From positions 24,298,581 through 24,362,580 of the forward strand of contig NC_068987.1 in assembly GCF_001194135.2 (NCBI RefSeq): DNA of 64,000 nt, given 5' to 3'. Origin of the DNA: Octopus bimaculoides (taxonomy: Eukaryota). The position numbers were made by a program, and so were the translations under genes. This document shows positions 35,445 through 48,584 of the stretch, one piece after another; position 1 is the stretch's first letter, and each line of letters starts with the position of its first letter. The notes beneath the pieces are model-generated. The model was not told the DNA's origin. It was given only the letters and a program-made list of their open reading frames with translations, and ran no database searches.

Positions 35445-35618
35445 ATCTTCTGCTCTAAGTACAAGGCCCGAAATTTTGGGGCAGGGACCAGTCGATTGGA
35501 TTGACCCCAGTACGCAATTTGTACTTAATTTATCGACCCCGAAATGATGAAAGGCAAAGTCGGCCTTGGCGGAATTTTAAAGACACGAAATACCGTTAAG
35601 CAATTCGCCCGGCGTAAC
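35445..35618 (-). mobile_element. SINE family B
   Basis: tttatcgaccccgaaatgatgaaaggcaaagtcggccttggcggaattt matches 8260-8310. Confidence 0.78.
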
Positions 35619-35730
35619 TAAATGAAACCTTATTCTATGCACAGGCAGTAAGTTGGTAGGATTGTTAGAGCGTTGGAAAACTGCTTTGCAATTTTCGTTC
35701 CTCCGGTTCGTTAAAATTTAAATACTAATA

Positions 35731-36055
35731 GGCGCAGGCGTGGCTGTGTGCTAAGAGGCTTGCTTCCCAACCACATAGTTCCAGGTTTAGTCCCATTGTG
35801 TGACACCTTGAACAAGTGGATTTTGTGGCGGAAACTNNNNNNNNNNGTGGCGGAAACTGAAAGAAGCCCGTCAGATATATATATGTGTGTGTGTGTGTCC
35901 GTGTCCGCCAACAACGCTTGACAACCGATGGTGGTATTTACGTCCTTGTAACTTAACAAAAGAGACCGATAGAATGAGTACTGGGATCGATACATTGGAC
36001 TAAAAATTCTTCAAGGAGGTGTCCCAGCAGGCTACTGACTGAAACAAGTAAAAGA
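35731..36055 (+). mobile_element. SINE family A
   Basis: ggcgcaggcgtggctgtgtg head, ggaaactgaaagaagcccgtc, internal (TA)(TG), gaaacaagtaaaaga tail. Confidence 0.8.
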
Positions 36056-37284
36056 TTCAAGTATTGTCGGGTATTGTAGTTGTCGCTAGATAGTTGGGTG
36101 GAAAGATATAGATCTTTAATATTTGAGTTCTGGCTGCGTGTGGTAAAGTAACAAAATTTCTTGTACAAAAGAAGGAAGCAATAAATCTACGAATTGCTAC
36201 ATTAAAATATATTTAATTTTCTTTGAATTACAAAGCTTAATTACTTTATTACAAAGTATGAAAATCGGTTGTATGAAATTGGATAGTCTTTACAGAAAAA
36301 GCAGAAATATAATAACAGAGAAGAAAAGAATACGACACAGCAACGATGTGACTGTCTCTAAACGGAGAATGGTTAAGAGCAAATCTCTGGGTTTGCGAGA
36401 ACGTTCTAGCTTTCTAGAATATTTCAGTAGCTCAAAATCTAGACGCTTCCAAACGCGCACGCGGTAATTGGTTACCATGAAGGGAGCTCACTCACTGAAG
36501 GTCCCTGCAAAGGGAGTTAATTCAACGATGTACTTCAACGTCGATGAACCCTCTCCTTCAAAAGTGTTACACTTGCGCCAAAATTTGGAACCTAAAAGAT
36601 GTGTATTAAACGAATATAGAAACTGAAATTTATNNNNNNNNNNNNNNNNNNNNNNNNNNNNNNNNNNNNNNNNNNNNNNNNNNNNNNNNNNNNNNNNNNN
36701 NNNNNNNNNNNNNNNNNNNNNNNNNNNNNNNNNNNNNNNNNNNNNNNNNNNNNNNNNNNNNNNNNNNNNNNNNNNNNNNNNNNNNNNNNNNNNNNNNNNN
36801 NNNNNNNNNNNNNNNNNNNNNNNNNNNNNNNNNNNNNNNNNNNNGGTTTTAAAAAAGATCCAAACGGTGGACAAGTGCGAAAAACAACAGCTAAATTTTC
36901 CTTTTTCCATGGTGAAACCATATTTAACACCGTATTTATGAATTTGTTTCTCTCACCACGATATATGGGATCTTTTTTAAATCCTTTTTCAAACGAAAAA
37001 TTAATGTTTAATACATAATGACAAACGTTTAATACACATTTTTACACCTATTAAACTTGTTTTTATTTATTTATCATTATAATTTTTTTTTTTCTGGCCG
37101 GGTGTTAAAGTAAACATTAACAGAAGTCTCAACTAAAAATACCACCACAAATAATTTGGCAAAGTATTCTCCAATGCGAGCGAGTGTGTATTGCACATAC
37201 CATAAACACGAGTGTAAATAAAATCTTAACACTTGGTATTTTTTGTTACAGACAACAGAAATTACGATTCTGGAAAAGATTTTT

Positions 37285-37372
37285 GCAAATTTCCAGATTA
37301 ACACCCACAGGATCTTCACTAGGGCGTTAGGGTTTTTAGGGTTAGGGATGCAATTCCCTAACCCTGACCCTA
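37285..37372. mobile_element. Diverged one-ended telomere-repeat MITE
   Basis: cagattaacacccacaggatcttcactagggcgttaggg...ttagggatgcaattccctaaccctgaccct. Confidence 0.7.
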
Positions 37373-37965
37373 TTTATCTGTAAACTCTCTTCGTTGTTAA
37401 TTATTTTTTTCTTAACTCTGAAACTGTATAAAGAAACCGTTTCTGTTCAAAGCGAGACTAATTCGTCACCCGGTGTAACATCCTCATCCTATTATTTTAC
37501 TCGTAATTGTTCATTTTAGTTACCTTACAAAAGTAAATAAAAATGAAAGGGGAGATAAGTCAACTTTTTACGCCCAATTTGCTTTGTTTACAGTTGACAA
37601 GGCGTGCTGTCACGCACAAAATGACAGCTTCCAAATCCTGTTTCCTGATTGGGTGAAAATTATTAATCTTTAAGCCTCTGTAACTTTTTTAAAACATTTT
37701 TCTACCAAAAGTGAAAGAACTGCAGCAATTTACCTTGGAAATGTACACTTTTGTGTCAAATTTTAAAATTTTCGATAAACTTTAATTTTTGAAATGCTTG
37801 TAGCCAAACCAACTCGAACCATTACAGAACCGTTAGATGTTAGTGCCGAACATACAGCGAAGTATTGGTCTTTCGTCCAATGCATTACTCTTTTATCAAC
37901 GAGTCTTATTGGCCTTCTGTGTTTCGTACAGTTTACCTCTCCTTTCCTAAATAAATCGTAAAATG

Positions 37966-38259
37966 CTCTCCAATGATTAGAGGCGAGATTTTTCAATACG
38001 AACAATGCCACTTCCGGTATATCGCCCTCTTTGAATCTATAAACATTTTAGATATATTATTCCATTGTTGTAAATATTTACACTGTTAGTAATATCTCAT
38101 TCACTCCTGTGGCTAATTGAATTGAGGAATTGTACATTAACCAGAAGACGACAATAGAGATATCCTGTAAGAAGTTGAAAGTTCTCATCAATCTGTCCTC
38201 TTTAATATTCAAGCCTCACTACTTCAGTGCACCTCTCATTATTTCATTGTTATGCAAGT
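37966..38259 (+). promoter_or_regulatory. Predicted ZNF5 promoter and non-coding exon 1 (GCAAGT donor at 38254)
   Basis: ctctccaaTGATTAGAGG 37966-37983, ACTTCCGG 38010-38017, cattaaccagaagac, ctctcattatttc. Confidence 0.68.
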
Positions 38260-38959
38260 ATTATTTATATGGATTTCGCACATTTCTTGTATACAGAATT
38301 TCTCTTTTATATTCATTTCTAATACTACACCATTTCTACTCCCTGCAAAATCATATTTTTCTATTCTCTGTTCGTATTTACTCTTCTTCGACCTCCCTTC
38401 ATTTAAAATTTGGAATCAAACTTGTTTTCAGGATATATCGTAATTTTTTTCACTCTACTCCTTTATCATTTCTATACATATTATTTTCTCTTGCTTCTTA
38501 TTCTTAGTGTTGCCCTCTAGAAAATATAGTCTTGCGTCATGCAGAGTTTATTATGGAATAAACAGCAACTTTAAATAAACTTAGTCACGTGCAAGTACAC
38601 CAAATATATCTCACAATATGAACATGCCTTGCAATATACAGTATTTATAGATAATGGTTTCGCACTTTGTTATAAAGCTAATATCTTCATAGGATACCTT
38701 TACTATATGTTTGATACTGTTGATGCATTTGCTGTTCTGCGTCTCTATTGCAAGTGCTTCTTATACAAGGCGAGTCACTACCGCTGACTGGGTACCGTTA
38801 CTACTTTTACACCTTCTCCCCTCATCAAATAGCTCAAGTTAAGATATGATTTGGTCTGCATTAGCCAAAGCTTCAATCTCATTTCTAGCAGTGTTTGCAG
38901 CTGGCATCACAAAATTTGTCCTGTGTGGTATTGAATCGTTATTCTTTTTATGATACTTC

Positions 38960-39230
38960 TACAAATATGTGGAATAGGACATAGTCCTTGTGATTAGTAT
39001 CTGCTTTATAAGCAGCACAGTGCGTACATTTCCATTTGGTTTTAGTACAACTAGAGTAGGGGATACCCAGTAGCTACCACAACATGGATCATATTCAATA
39101 ATTTTTCCTAATTTAAAAACCAAGGTTTGAGCCGAATGAAGTCCTCTACTTTGTATTTGTTATAGTGTATATGTGTTTCTTTGGTTTCAAGTTCAGTCTC
39201 ACAATGTCTTCTATAATCTCAGGCTGACCA
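38960..39230 (-). mobile_element. Gypsy RT N-terminal relic
   Basis: Minus strand GKIIEYDPCCGSYWVSPTLVVLKPNGNVR resembles S.WASP.V.V.K.NG..R. Confidence 0.45.
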
Positions 39231-39594
39231 AAGCCTTGTGAGTGCATTTTGTTTAGAGAAACTAAAGGAAGCTCTTCGAGTATGTGTTAGTGCCACCGTC
39301 ATACTAGTGGTTCCTTTGTTTCCAATCCTCCATAAAAACATGTCAGGCCACGAGGAAATATTGACTTGTTTGGAAACGGGTGAGGGTTTTTTTACAGAAA
39401 GGGCATTTAGCTATACACAATTTGCCTGAACAAATTTCATCTGACTTGTGCATGCATGGAAAAGTAGATGATGATATTTTAATGATGTTCTACGGACTGT
39501 GAGTTAGCGGCAAGTAGTGTCTTATTTTGAATGTGCATGCCTATCATCCTCAACATCTTTCTCTCTAAATATATTTCGTTTTTTGTCTGTTCTA

Positions 39595-39650
39595 ACACTT
39601 CATTGTCCTTTACGTCATATATTATTTTTCTGTTTCAGGTTATTATCAAA
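39595..39650 (+). other. Predicted splice acceptor of the ZNF5 coding exon (exon from 39639)
   Basis: acacttcattgtcctttacgtc...tttttctgtttcag|gttatt. Confidence 0.7.
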
Positions 39651-40066
39651 TGACATTAAATTGAAGATATTTCATTGAACAGCATTAACATATTTATAAA
39701 CTTTTTGAAGATTAAAAATAACTTCAAGCTGACATCAGCCTGTTTCTACAATTCTTTGGATGAATGGATGTGAAATATTTCCCTGCAATTAAGATTATTT
39801 TCAAAAATTCCCAAAGAGATTCTTAAACTGGAAAATGTGTACAAATTAAACTAGGGGGATTTACCACAAAGTTTTAATTGTCCTATGTGTAATGACTTTA
39901 ACAACTGGGTATCTCATTAAATTTATATAGATTAACAATCCTGTAGTTATTACTATATTATATCAGAAGATATAATATAGTTATATCTTCAAGTTATTTC
40001 ATAACAGCCAAGATATCGTCTTTAATAAAGACTGTCAACGTGCAAAATATAGATTATAACAAAGTT

Positions 40067-41068
40067 ATGGATGACAAAATACAAGCTGAAGTTATTGATT
40101 CATCTACTCAGATACAGGAAAATACAGAAGAGAAATCTCACCCTAGTGATGTATGTGGGAAGATATTGTCACCAAAAAAGATTTTAATTCAACATAAATT
40201 AACTCACTCGTCCTCCAAGCCATACCAGTGTGGAATTTGTGGTAAACAATTCACCAGCAACAATTTGTTAACTCACCACAAACGTATCCACACAAGAGAA
40301 AAACTATTTCAGTGTTATATCTGTGATGCAACATTTTCTACAAAGGGTCTTTTGTCTTTTCATTCATGTATACAAGAAGGAGAAAGACCACACCGTTGTG
40401 ACGTCTGTGGCAAAATATATTCTAGAAGTGGACAATTGTCTTCCCATAAATATATCCACACAGGAGAAAGACGACACCATTGTGAAATCTGTGGTGAAAC
40501 ATTTTCTAGAAGTGCTAATTTGTCTAACCATAAACTAATTCATACAGGAGAAAGACCATACCAGTGTCATATTTGTGGGAAGAAGTTTGCTAGAAATGCT
40601 GATTTGTCTTGCCATAAACATATTCACACAGGAGAAAGACCATACCACTGTGATATCTGTGGTACAACATTTGCTCAGAGTAGTAGTTTATCTAAACACA
40701 AACGTATTCACACTGGAGAGAGACCATACCATTGTGATATCTGTGATAAAAAATTTAACACAAGTGGTCACTTGTCTACCCACAAACGTACTCACACAGG
40801 AGAAAAACCATTCCACTGTGATATTTGTGGTAAAACATTTACTCGAAGTAGTTCTTTATCTCAACACAAACCTATTCACACAGGAGAGAGACCATACCAT
40901 TGTGACATTTGTGGTAAAACATTTTCTACAACTCGGAATTTAACTCGACACAAACGGATTCACATTGGAAAGAAACCATACCACTGTGATATCTGTGATG
41001 AAGCATTTTCTACAATGGTTCGTTTGTCTTCCCACATACGAATTCACACAGGAGAACGAACATCATAG
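40067..41068 (+). CDS. C2H2 zinc-finger protein ZNF5 (11 fingers, fingers 1 and 3 degenerate)
   Basis: The track ORF starts at GTG 40040; the first ATG is 40067 in the shared aaagttATGG context. Confidence 0.92.
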   Translation: MDDKIQAEVIDSSTQIQENTEEKSHPSDVCGKILSPKKILIQHKLTHSSSKPYQCGICGKQFTSNNLLTHHKRIHTREKLFQCYICDATFSTKGLLSFHSCIQEGERPHRCDVCGKIYSRSGQLSSHKYIHTGERRHHCEICGETFSRSANLSNHKLIHTGERPYQCHICGKKFARNADLSCHKHIHTGERPYHCDICGTTFAQSSSLSKHKRIHTGERPYHCDICDKKFNTSGHLSTHKRTHTGEKPFHCDICGKTFTRSSSLSQHKPIHTGERPYHCDICGKTFSTTRNLTRHKRIHIGKKPYHCDICDEAFSTMVRLSSHIRIHTGERTS

Positions 41069-41519
41069 CACTGATATTTGTCATAAAATATTCTCTCAAA
41101 AATATTTATTCTTCTTGGTATAAATTCACACTGGATAAAGGTTATACCACTATAGTATCACGTGAAATATTTTCTTGAAGTGATTATTCAATTTAATGCA
41201 AACATATCGATATGGGAGATAAACTACAGCTCTTTGCTATCAATAGTAAAAATATTTTCTACAAGTAACATATTTTATAATCATCATCATCGTTGTCCAC
41301 CTTTCATACTGGCATGGGTGGGAATAATAAATGAATTTTACGTACATCATGTAATGGATTTTAATACAGCAAAGTTACCACCATCATCATCATTACTATT
41401 TTTCAAAGTTATTTGTCAAAATATTTTTTGCAAATATTTTGACATATGGATTGAGCATAAAATATCCCATTATATTAAAAATAATAAAGACCAATATATT
41501 TTTAGTATTTACAATCCTG

Positions 41520-42085
41520 GAGTGTGAATAGTTTAAATGCATAAGAAGAGATGACTTACAGTGTTAAAAGAATAATAAACAAGCATGTGACAGACCAAGA
41601 AATATATGGATAGACAACATCAAGGAGTGGATAAGTTACACTATAATGTCAGTGTAAGATTGGTGTGAAATGGAATGGTTATCTGCATTTGTTCTGCCAT
41701 AAGTGTCTGACATCCAACGAACTGATGAAGTTTAAGGATAACAAACATGATATAATATCAATGTAGTTATTGAGTAACATTGAAGTCAGCTATGTCAAAG
41801 AAGCAGTTGGTGAAATTGTGCAAAGCACATCTCTGGATGTATGGAGTTCATTCTCCTTACCATCAAATATAGTAGCACTGTGAATGTGTTCTTATGGATT
41901 CAAGACTGTAGCTGGTGTATGGCTATATGTGAGGAACTATGGACAGTAGGTCATTGTAATGACATCTGTAGATGTTATGTATACATTATAAGGAGGTGAC
42001 ATAAATTGTACATGTGCAGGTTGAAAACTAATTAATGAGACTGAAACCACAAGTACTTCAAGATAACATCTATAACTGTTTATTT
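41520..42085 (+). repeat. Downstream block paralogous to 63455-63960, including an old RTE C-terminal relic
   Basis: gtgacagaccaagaa...gacaacatcaa (DRPRNIWIDNIKEW), gagtaacatt, cacatctctgg, taaattgtacatgt and tatctataact occur in the same order in both. Confidence 0.75.
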
Positions 42086-43439
42086 CATTAAATAAATGTG
42101 ATATCAGAATATTTGTAGTTACCCTGTAATAAAGTATCAAATGAAGATATATATGCAATTATAACCTGATCAAAGCCATTTCAATTTAATGAACATCTCC
42201 ACTGTGTGTTGGCTTGATTGTCATGTCACTGGTTTGTAGTAAAGTAGAGTTAGTATAATATAGACTACATTAGGAGAAAACCTATCTCTAACTTGTTAAA
42301 ATGATGTCAATAAATTCATTATAATTACTTTAATTATGAAGTAACTCTATCTTGACTTATTATTCCTGTAGATGGTATTGTAATTGCTTCCAGTTAACAA
42401 TTTATCCAGTATCATCATTCACATTGCTGAAAAACCTGTCAGTATTACTGAAATTACTGCCAAATATATAGTTATCTTCTTGATCCTATTTTGTTGTAAG
42501 ACATCAGTTTATATAACTTATGTTGTTTGCTTTACCTGTTACTTATTACATACCTGTGTAGTTGCTTAGTTTTATTACACAGTAATCTTTAATTGTTAAC
42601 GTACTTGAGATGTTTATTATTACATATGTTCAGTATCAGCTTAAAGGCAGTGTAGACTCTGAAGTTAAAATCATTGATAAAAGTCGGGTATATATGTAGT
42701 GTTTGTATATTTGTCTCCTTATATATTTTCTGATGCTGATCTTACTTCCTTTTTATTTTTAACACAAGTTATTTGAACTAGAATATCAAAGTTCAAAATT
42801 AATATTTTATTATAGGATCTGATAATAGATCCAATTGTGTTCTAGAACATTTCTAAAGTGATCATGAAGAAGTTATATGTGAATGGTTACCATTAACGTA
42901 TTTGAACTTAACATGAAGAAGGCAAGAAGAATGAGTAACTTTTTGTATAGTCACCTAATATGAATGGATAATGTCTACTTGGTAATGTGTATGACAAATT
43001 GAAGTAATCAACCATCATCTTTGAATGTACAGAGATTTGTAGTTACTGCTCGATACTATTGATATATAAAAGTTGAAGGTGAGAAGCAGGAGATACAGCT
43101 GATTGTTGTAGGCAAGAAAAATTTCAGAGGAAATAATTTGGTTAGAACTAAGGAAGCTGCTAGTTGACAGACTAGACGATGCAGTGAAAAATGATGCATT
43201 ACAGACAACTTGAAACAGCAATGATTCATTAACAACCAACAATGATTCACTCAATTTAAACTATATCAATTACATTGGCAACAACTGGATCAAACTCCTC
43301 AGTAACTTTTTTTTATCTATCATAAGTACAAGTGTAAAATTACACATACTTTTGCCTTTGTAATTTATTTACAGAAAAGCAGTTGAACAATTATATCATT
43401 TTTCAACATAGTCTGTTTGATTTTCATTGCTCTTCTTCC

Positions 43440-43900
43440 AGTGGTCCAGAAGCTTACTTATTCCATTGGAGATTTTCAGCTGGTCGTTACAGCCATTTAT
43501 GTACTTCTTTGTCTAGCAAATCAACAACCTTGTAATGGATGTTTGAGCAGTCCAGAGAGGTAATAGTTGGAAGTGGGTAAGACCAGGACTATGTAGGGTG
43601 TTCCACTGTGTGGCGTGCATTATCATGCAACAATAACACTTGCTTTGACAATAGACCTTGGCATTGTTTTGAGATGCTGGTTTCAATTTGTTGTTGCCTA
43701 CACTGATGACTATATACCCCTTTTTACAGGTATGTTCTAGTATTCCTTTTGCATCCCAAAAAGTAACTAGCATCACTTTTTTCTGTGGAAGGTTGAGTCT
43801 TGAATTGGGACACCTTTTCTAATCCCTCCTGTCCCACATGCCGGTCAGTTTATCATGACAACTGTTCACTTCAAAAGAAGGAACTTCTGTAGAAACATAT
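43440..43900 (-). mobile_element. mariner transposase relic
   Basis: Minus strand KVMLVTFWDAKGILEH, LLHDNAR and a decayed HP.YSPDLAP.DY motif. Confidence 0.65.
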
Positions 43901-44907
43901 ATAAGCATAGGCCATGTCTATTTGTTCAAATTCTAATTGGGTCATGGAAACATGAGCGCCATACTAATTTTGTTGTCCCAAAGCTTGACCAACACAAGAT
44001 CGATATTGCTGCCCCTTTTGAGATTTGATTGTAAGGAGAAAGCCAGCTAATTGAAGTGGGTTATAATTACAGTTTCTTTTGTGTGGTAAGCTGAAAGATG
44101 TGAAATGAAATATCTGCATAGGTTTTGCAATTGGGAAGAATCCTAGCTCATAGGCTAGATGAGTTGCCATCCATTGTGAGTGACTATCATTAAACTCTAC
44201 TTTCCACTGTCTTTTGAGTGTTGTGACTTTCTTCTTTGTGTATGTACCAACTATTCCCTCAACGAAAGAGATTTTGGTGTTTAGAGACAAGTGGGGGACA
44301 ACTATAGAGATTTTTTAGTTTCACCTCATCAACAGAATTCAATTGACTGAAGGATGTAGATGAATGAATTTGCTTTTACACAAAGAACAATAGTTACGTT
44401 TTTTAAACTAAAAATAATTTGCAGAATTGAAATTTAAAGAGTACTTATAGTGTTGGCTTCATACTGAAATACAACTATTGCAATCTTTGATTTGATTTGT
44501 GTCAGGAGCTATAGAAATCATGTGAAAATAAAAAGTATGTGCAAGATGTGATCTCAAGACCCAGCCAGGTGGGTGGTAATTCCAAATAATTGATTTGGAC
44601 TGTGGTGATTAGCAATAATTTTACAGTTATTTGGCTGTGTTCAGTTCCTTGACTAGATCACCATTGATAGAAATATAAACAACATACTGAACATTCAACT
44701 TAGCTGACGCTCTTCTAACAGCAGTAACAATTACTGAAGTGAAGGGTCCAGAGACCTAGTAGACCTCTGTTGAACCTGTTCCAGAAGGTGACTGATTCAG
44801 TTTGAATGACATGGGAATGAACAACAATTAACAGTGAATGGTTATGTATGAGTGGGAAAAGTGATAACCAATTTACCACAATGTATTGAATGTAAAGCAT
44901 TTGAGAT

Positions 44908-45071
44908 ATCATCATCATCATCATCGTTTAACGTCCGCTTTCCATGCTAGCATGGGTTGGACGATTTGACTGAGGACTGGTGAAACCGGATGGCAACACC
45001 AGGCTCCAATCTAAATTTGGCAGAGTTTCTATAGCTGGATGCCCTTCCTAACGCCAACCACTCAGAGAGTA
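44908..45071 (-). mobile_element. RTE-type LINE 3' end
   Basis: (CAT)n-cgtttaacgtccgctttccatgctagcatggg...ctggatgcccttcctaacgccaacc. Confidence 0.85.
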
Positions 45072-46200
45072 TAAGTATATATATATATATATATACAAGG
45101 ATTCCTCACCATATCTCGATTTATTATTTAAGCTTATGTTGATTCCTCTGTGGTGGTGTTTTGCATTTATAATAAAATAAATATACACAGTACAGTACTG
45201 CTTCTATTTCGTGGATTTTGGAATGTAACACCCGTGATAGTTGAGGGACTACTGTATGTGAACTTGTGTCTAATGACAAAATGTAACTGATATGTCAAGT
45301 CTTACAACCTTTACAGTGTTCACAGAGTATTGAGCAGCAGTTGTGGTGTCAGCATTTTGATACCAGGTATGAATCATCATGATACAGGTAAGTTTTTACC
45401 GATATTCATATGGTTTCTAATCCTCTATGTCAGCTGACTTTTTCTCAACCACACCTTTAATCTTTATGCTCTCCAATGTCATTATCTGTTCATCAATACA
45501 TCAAGCTGTTCCTGAAAAAAGATTTGTAAAAAACGTCAAATTAGCTCAAACACCCTGTGTCTCCTTGTCTTGACATTGGGTGATAGTCACGAACAAGCAT
45601 CACCATCTTACAAGCAATGCCATGTGTTTCCAATCTTCTGTCTAAATATGTTTGGCCATGGGGAAATATTACCTTGTTTAGAAACAAGTGAGGACAATGA
45701 TGGGAAGGCAACAAACTGTAGGAAATCTACCAGAACAAATTTCATCTGATCCATGGAAAATTGGATATTAAAACAATCATAATGATAATTTGTTAAAAAG
45801 TAGCTAAACTATTGAAATCTGTTCACCAACAGTAGAGATACAGTATTATATGAAGCACATGAAACAACAGAAAACTATATTACTGACCACAATATCTCCA
45901 GGTAGAAATTATTAAGAACATTTGAAGACATACATGTCATGAAAATATTCTATGGTTTTATTTCATTAAGAATGGGTATTGAACAATTCTATATATTTTT
46001 ACATACTTAGTAACAGTTTACCTAAATACTGTAAAGAAGCTATTGTAACGTGCTAGCAGTTCATCAATTGTGGCTTGAATATTATTTAGTGGCATGGTTT
46101 GTACTTTAGTTTGACATCTTTACACATAGAAAAAAATCTATTATCACATCTAGAATATTATCAAATATATCACAGAAGTATATCATGGATCAGTTTCACC

Positions 46201-46340
46201 TATGGCTGTGTGGTTAAGAAGTTTTGCTTCCCAACCACATGGTTTCAGACTCAGTTACACAGGGTGGCACCTTGGACAAGTGTCCTCAACTACAGCCCCA
46301 AGCTAACCAAATCCTTGTAAGTGAATTTGGTAGACAGACG
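46201..46340 (+). mobile_element. SINE family A, 5' half
   Basis: tggctgtgtggttaagaagttttgcttcccaaccacatgg...ggcaccttggacaagtgtc. Confidence 0.75.
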
Positions 46341-46606
46341 TACATACATATGTATGTATGTATGTCTGTCAAATATATGTGTGTATCGTGTATATATGCA
46401 TGCGTGTGTGCATTTTCTAAGAAAATATGATATAATACAAGTAAATCAAGTAGTACAGATTTTATCAGACATACATACATGGCATAATCATTCAGTATTT
46501 GCAGGAAGTGTTTTACTTCAATAAATATGCACCTTAGTAAACATGTTTGATGTAATGCTATACAGAAATTACCATTTAAAAAAAAATGGTCTTTCTTTAG
46601 ATATAG

Positions 46607-46767
46607 ATGCAGGAGTGGCTGTGTCGTAAGTAGTTTGCTTACCAACCACATGGTTCCAGGTTCAGTCCCACTGCGTGGCACCTTGGACAAGTGTCTTCTA
46701 CTATAGCCTCAGGCCAACCAAAGCCTTGTGAGAGGATTTAGTAGACAGAAACTGAAAGAAGCCTGTC

Positions 46768-46807
<40 letters not shown>

Positions 46808-47013
46808 ATACGTTTGTGTGTCTGTGTTTGTCCCCCCAACATTGCTTGACAACTGATGCTGGTGTGTTTACATCCCTATAATCTAGCAGTTCGGCAAAAG
46901 AGACCAATAGAATAAGTACTAGGCTTACAAAGAATAAGTCCTGGGGTTGATTTGCTCAACTAAAGGCAGTGCTCCAGCATGGCCACAGTTAAATGACCAA
47001 AAGAATAAAAGAA
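46607..47013 (+). mobile_element. SINE family A, full length
   Basis: A-box-like tggctgtgtcgt, B-box-like ggttcagtccc, ccttggacaagtg core, internal microsatellite, (aaagaat) tail. Confidence 0.85.
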
Positions 47014-47015
47014 TA

Positions 47016-48299
47016 TCATTGATGGGGTTTCTTCTTTGAGTGAATATGTCTATGTGAAGACAAATTAGATCTTTGAGAAAATGTTTTACCACAGATATCA
47101 CAGCAGTATGGTTTTTCTCCTGTGTGGATGCGTTTGTGGGAAGATAAATTAACACTTTTGGAAAATGATTTATCACATATATCACAATGGTATGGTTTTT
47201 CTCCTGTATGAATATATTTATGGCATGATAAATGACCTCTTTGAGAAAATGTTTTACCACAGATATCACAGTGGTATGGTTTCTCTCCTGTGTGAATATG
47301 TTTGTGGCAAGACAAATGGCCAATTCTAGAAAATGTCTCACCACATATATCACAGTGATATGGTTTCTCTCCTGTATGGATACGTTTGTGAGAAGATAAG
47401 CAGCCACTTTGGGAGAACGTTTTGCCACAGATGTTGCAATCATATGGTTTCTCTCCTGTGTGGATGCGTTTATGGGAATATAAATTACTACTTCTAGCAA
47501 ATGTTTTGCCACAGATAGCACAGGGGTATGGTCTCTCTCCAGTATGAATATATTTGTGTTGAGATAAATGACCACTTTCAGAGAATGTTTTACCACAGAT
47601 ATCACACTGATATGGCTTTTCTCCAGTGTGAATGCGTTTGTGTCGAGACAAATGAGCACCTCTAGAAAATTTTTCACCACAAACATCACAAGCATAAGGT
47701 TTGTCTCCTGTGTGAATACGCTTATGTTCAGATAAGTAACCCCTCTGACAAAATGTTTTACCACAGGTATCACAGTGATATGGTCTTTCTCCTGTGTGAA
47801 TATATGTATGACGAGATAAATGGCCCTTTTGAGAGAATGTTTTGCCACAAATATCACAGTGATATGGTTTCTCACCAGTGTGAGTGTGTTTGTGTTGAGA
47901 TAAATGTGAATTTCTAGAAAATGTTTCACCACATATATCACAATGGTAAGTTTTTTCTCCAGTGTGAATTCGCTTGTGTTCAGATAAATGACCCCTTTGA
48001 GAGAATGTTTTACCACAGCTGTCACAGTGGTATGGTCTCTCTCCAGTATGAATACGTATATGGTGCAATAATACATTGCTTGTAGTGAATATTTTACGAC
48101 AAACCTCACAATGGTATTGCTTTGACACTGAGTGAATTAATTTATGCTGATTTAAACTATTTTCTACTGTAAATAACTTCCCACAGATGTCACAACAGAG
48201 CGATTTCTCTTCTGTATTTTCCTGTATCTGATTAAATATATCAATAGTTTCAGTTTCTTTTCTACTCATAACCAGGTTATCACATAATTTCTCCTCCAT
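47016..48299 (-). CDS. C2H2 zinc-finger protein ZNF6 (427 aa, 14 fingers), the only minus-strand member
   Basis: Intact ORF; aaagtcATGG start context. Confidence 0.94.
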   Translation of the reverse strand: MEEKLCDNLVMSRKETETIDIFNQIQENTEEKSLCCDICGKLFTVENSLNQHKLIHSVSKQYHCEVCRKIFTTSNVLLHHIRIHTGERPYHCDSCGKTFSQRGHLSEHKRIHTGEKTYHCDICGETFSRNSHLSQHKHTHTGEKPYHCDICGKTFSQKGHLSRHTYIHTGERPYHCDTCGKTFCQRGYLSEHKRIHTGDKPYACDVCGEKFSRGAHLSRHKRIHTGEKPYQCDICGKTFSESGHLSQHKYIHTGERPYPCAICGKTFARSSNLYSHKRIHTGEKPYDCNICGKTFSQSGCLSSHKRIHTGEKPYHCDICGETFSRIGHLSCHKHIHTGEKPYHCDICGKTFSQRGHLSCHKYIHTGEKPYHCDICDKSFSKSVNLSSHKRIHTGEKPYCCDICGKTFSQRSNLSSHRHIHSKKKPHQ

Positions 48300-48584
48300 G
48301 ACTTTCTCTTTAAATTTCCTGTTTTCTTTGTATATTCATAATAGAAATATATCTATATCTATATTTACTTTCCCTCTCTGATGGCCTTTACCAAAGTCTG
48401 ATGATGTCTCAGCTACTAAGAAATATTTTCCAGTAAACATTTGTGTACTTTCACAAATAATGCCAACTCCAAGGAAATATTTTACATCCATTAAACTGAA
48501 GGCTGACATTAGCTTTATAAATACATTTCTAGTCTTCAAACTTTGATCCTCTGATCCTTCAGTGATATATTTTTATCTCAATGC

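Noticed and set aside
46925-48109. 394-aa ORF overlapping ZNF6 in another frame (similarly 61971-62684, 40323-40943, 19968-20225)
   Set aside because: Shadow frame of the finger repeat: genes using Leu-Ser (tta tct) rather than Leu-Thr (tta act) lack the shifted-frame TAA. Starts are non-ATG or internal and there is no independent coding evidence.
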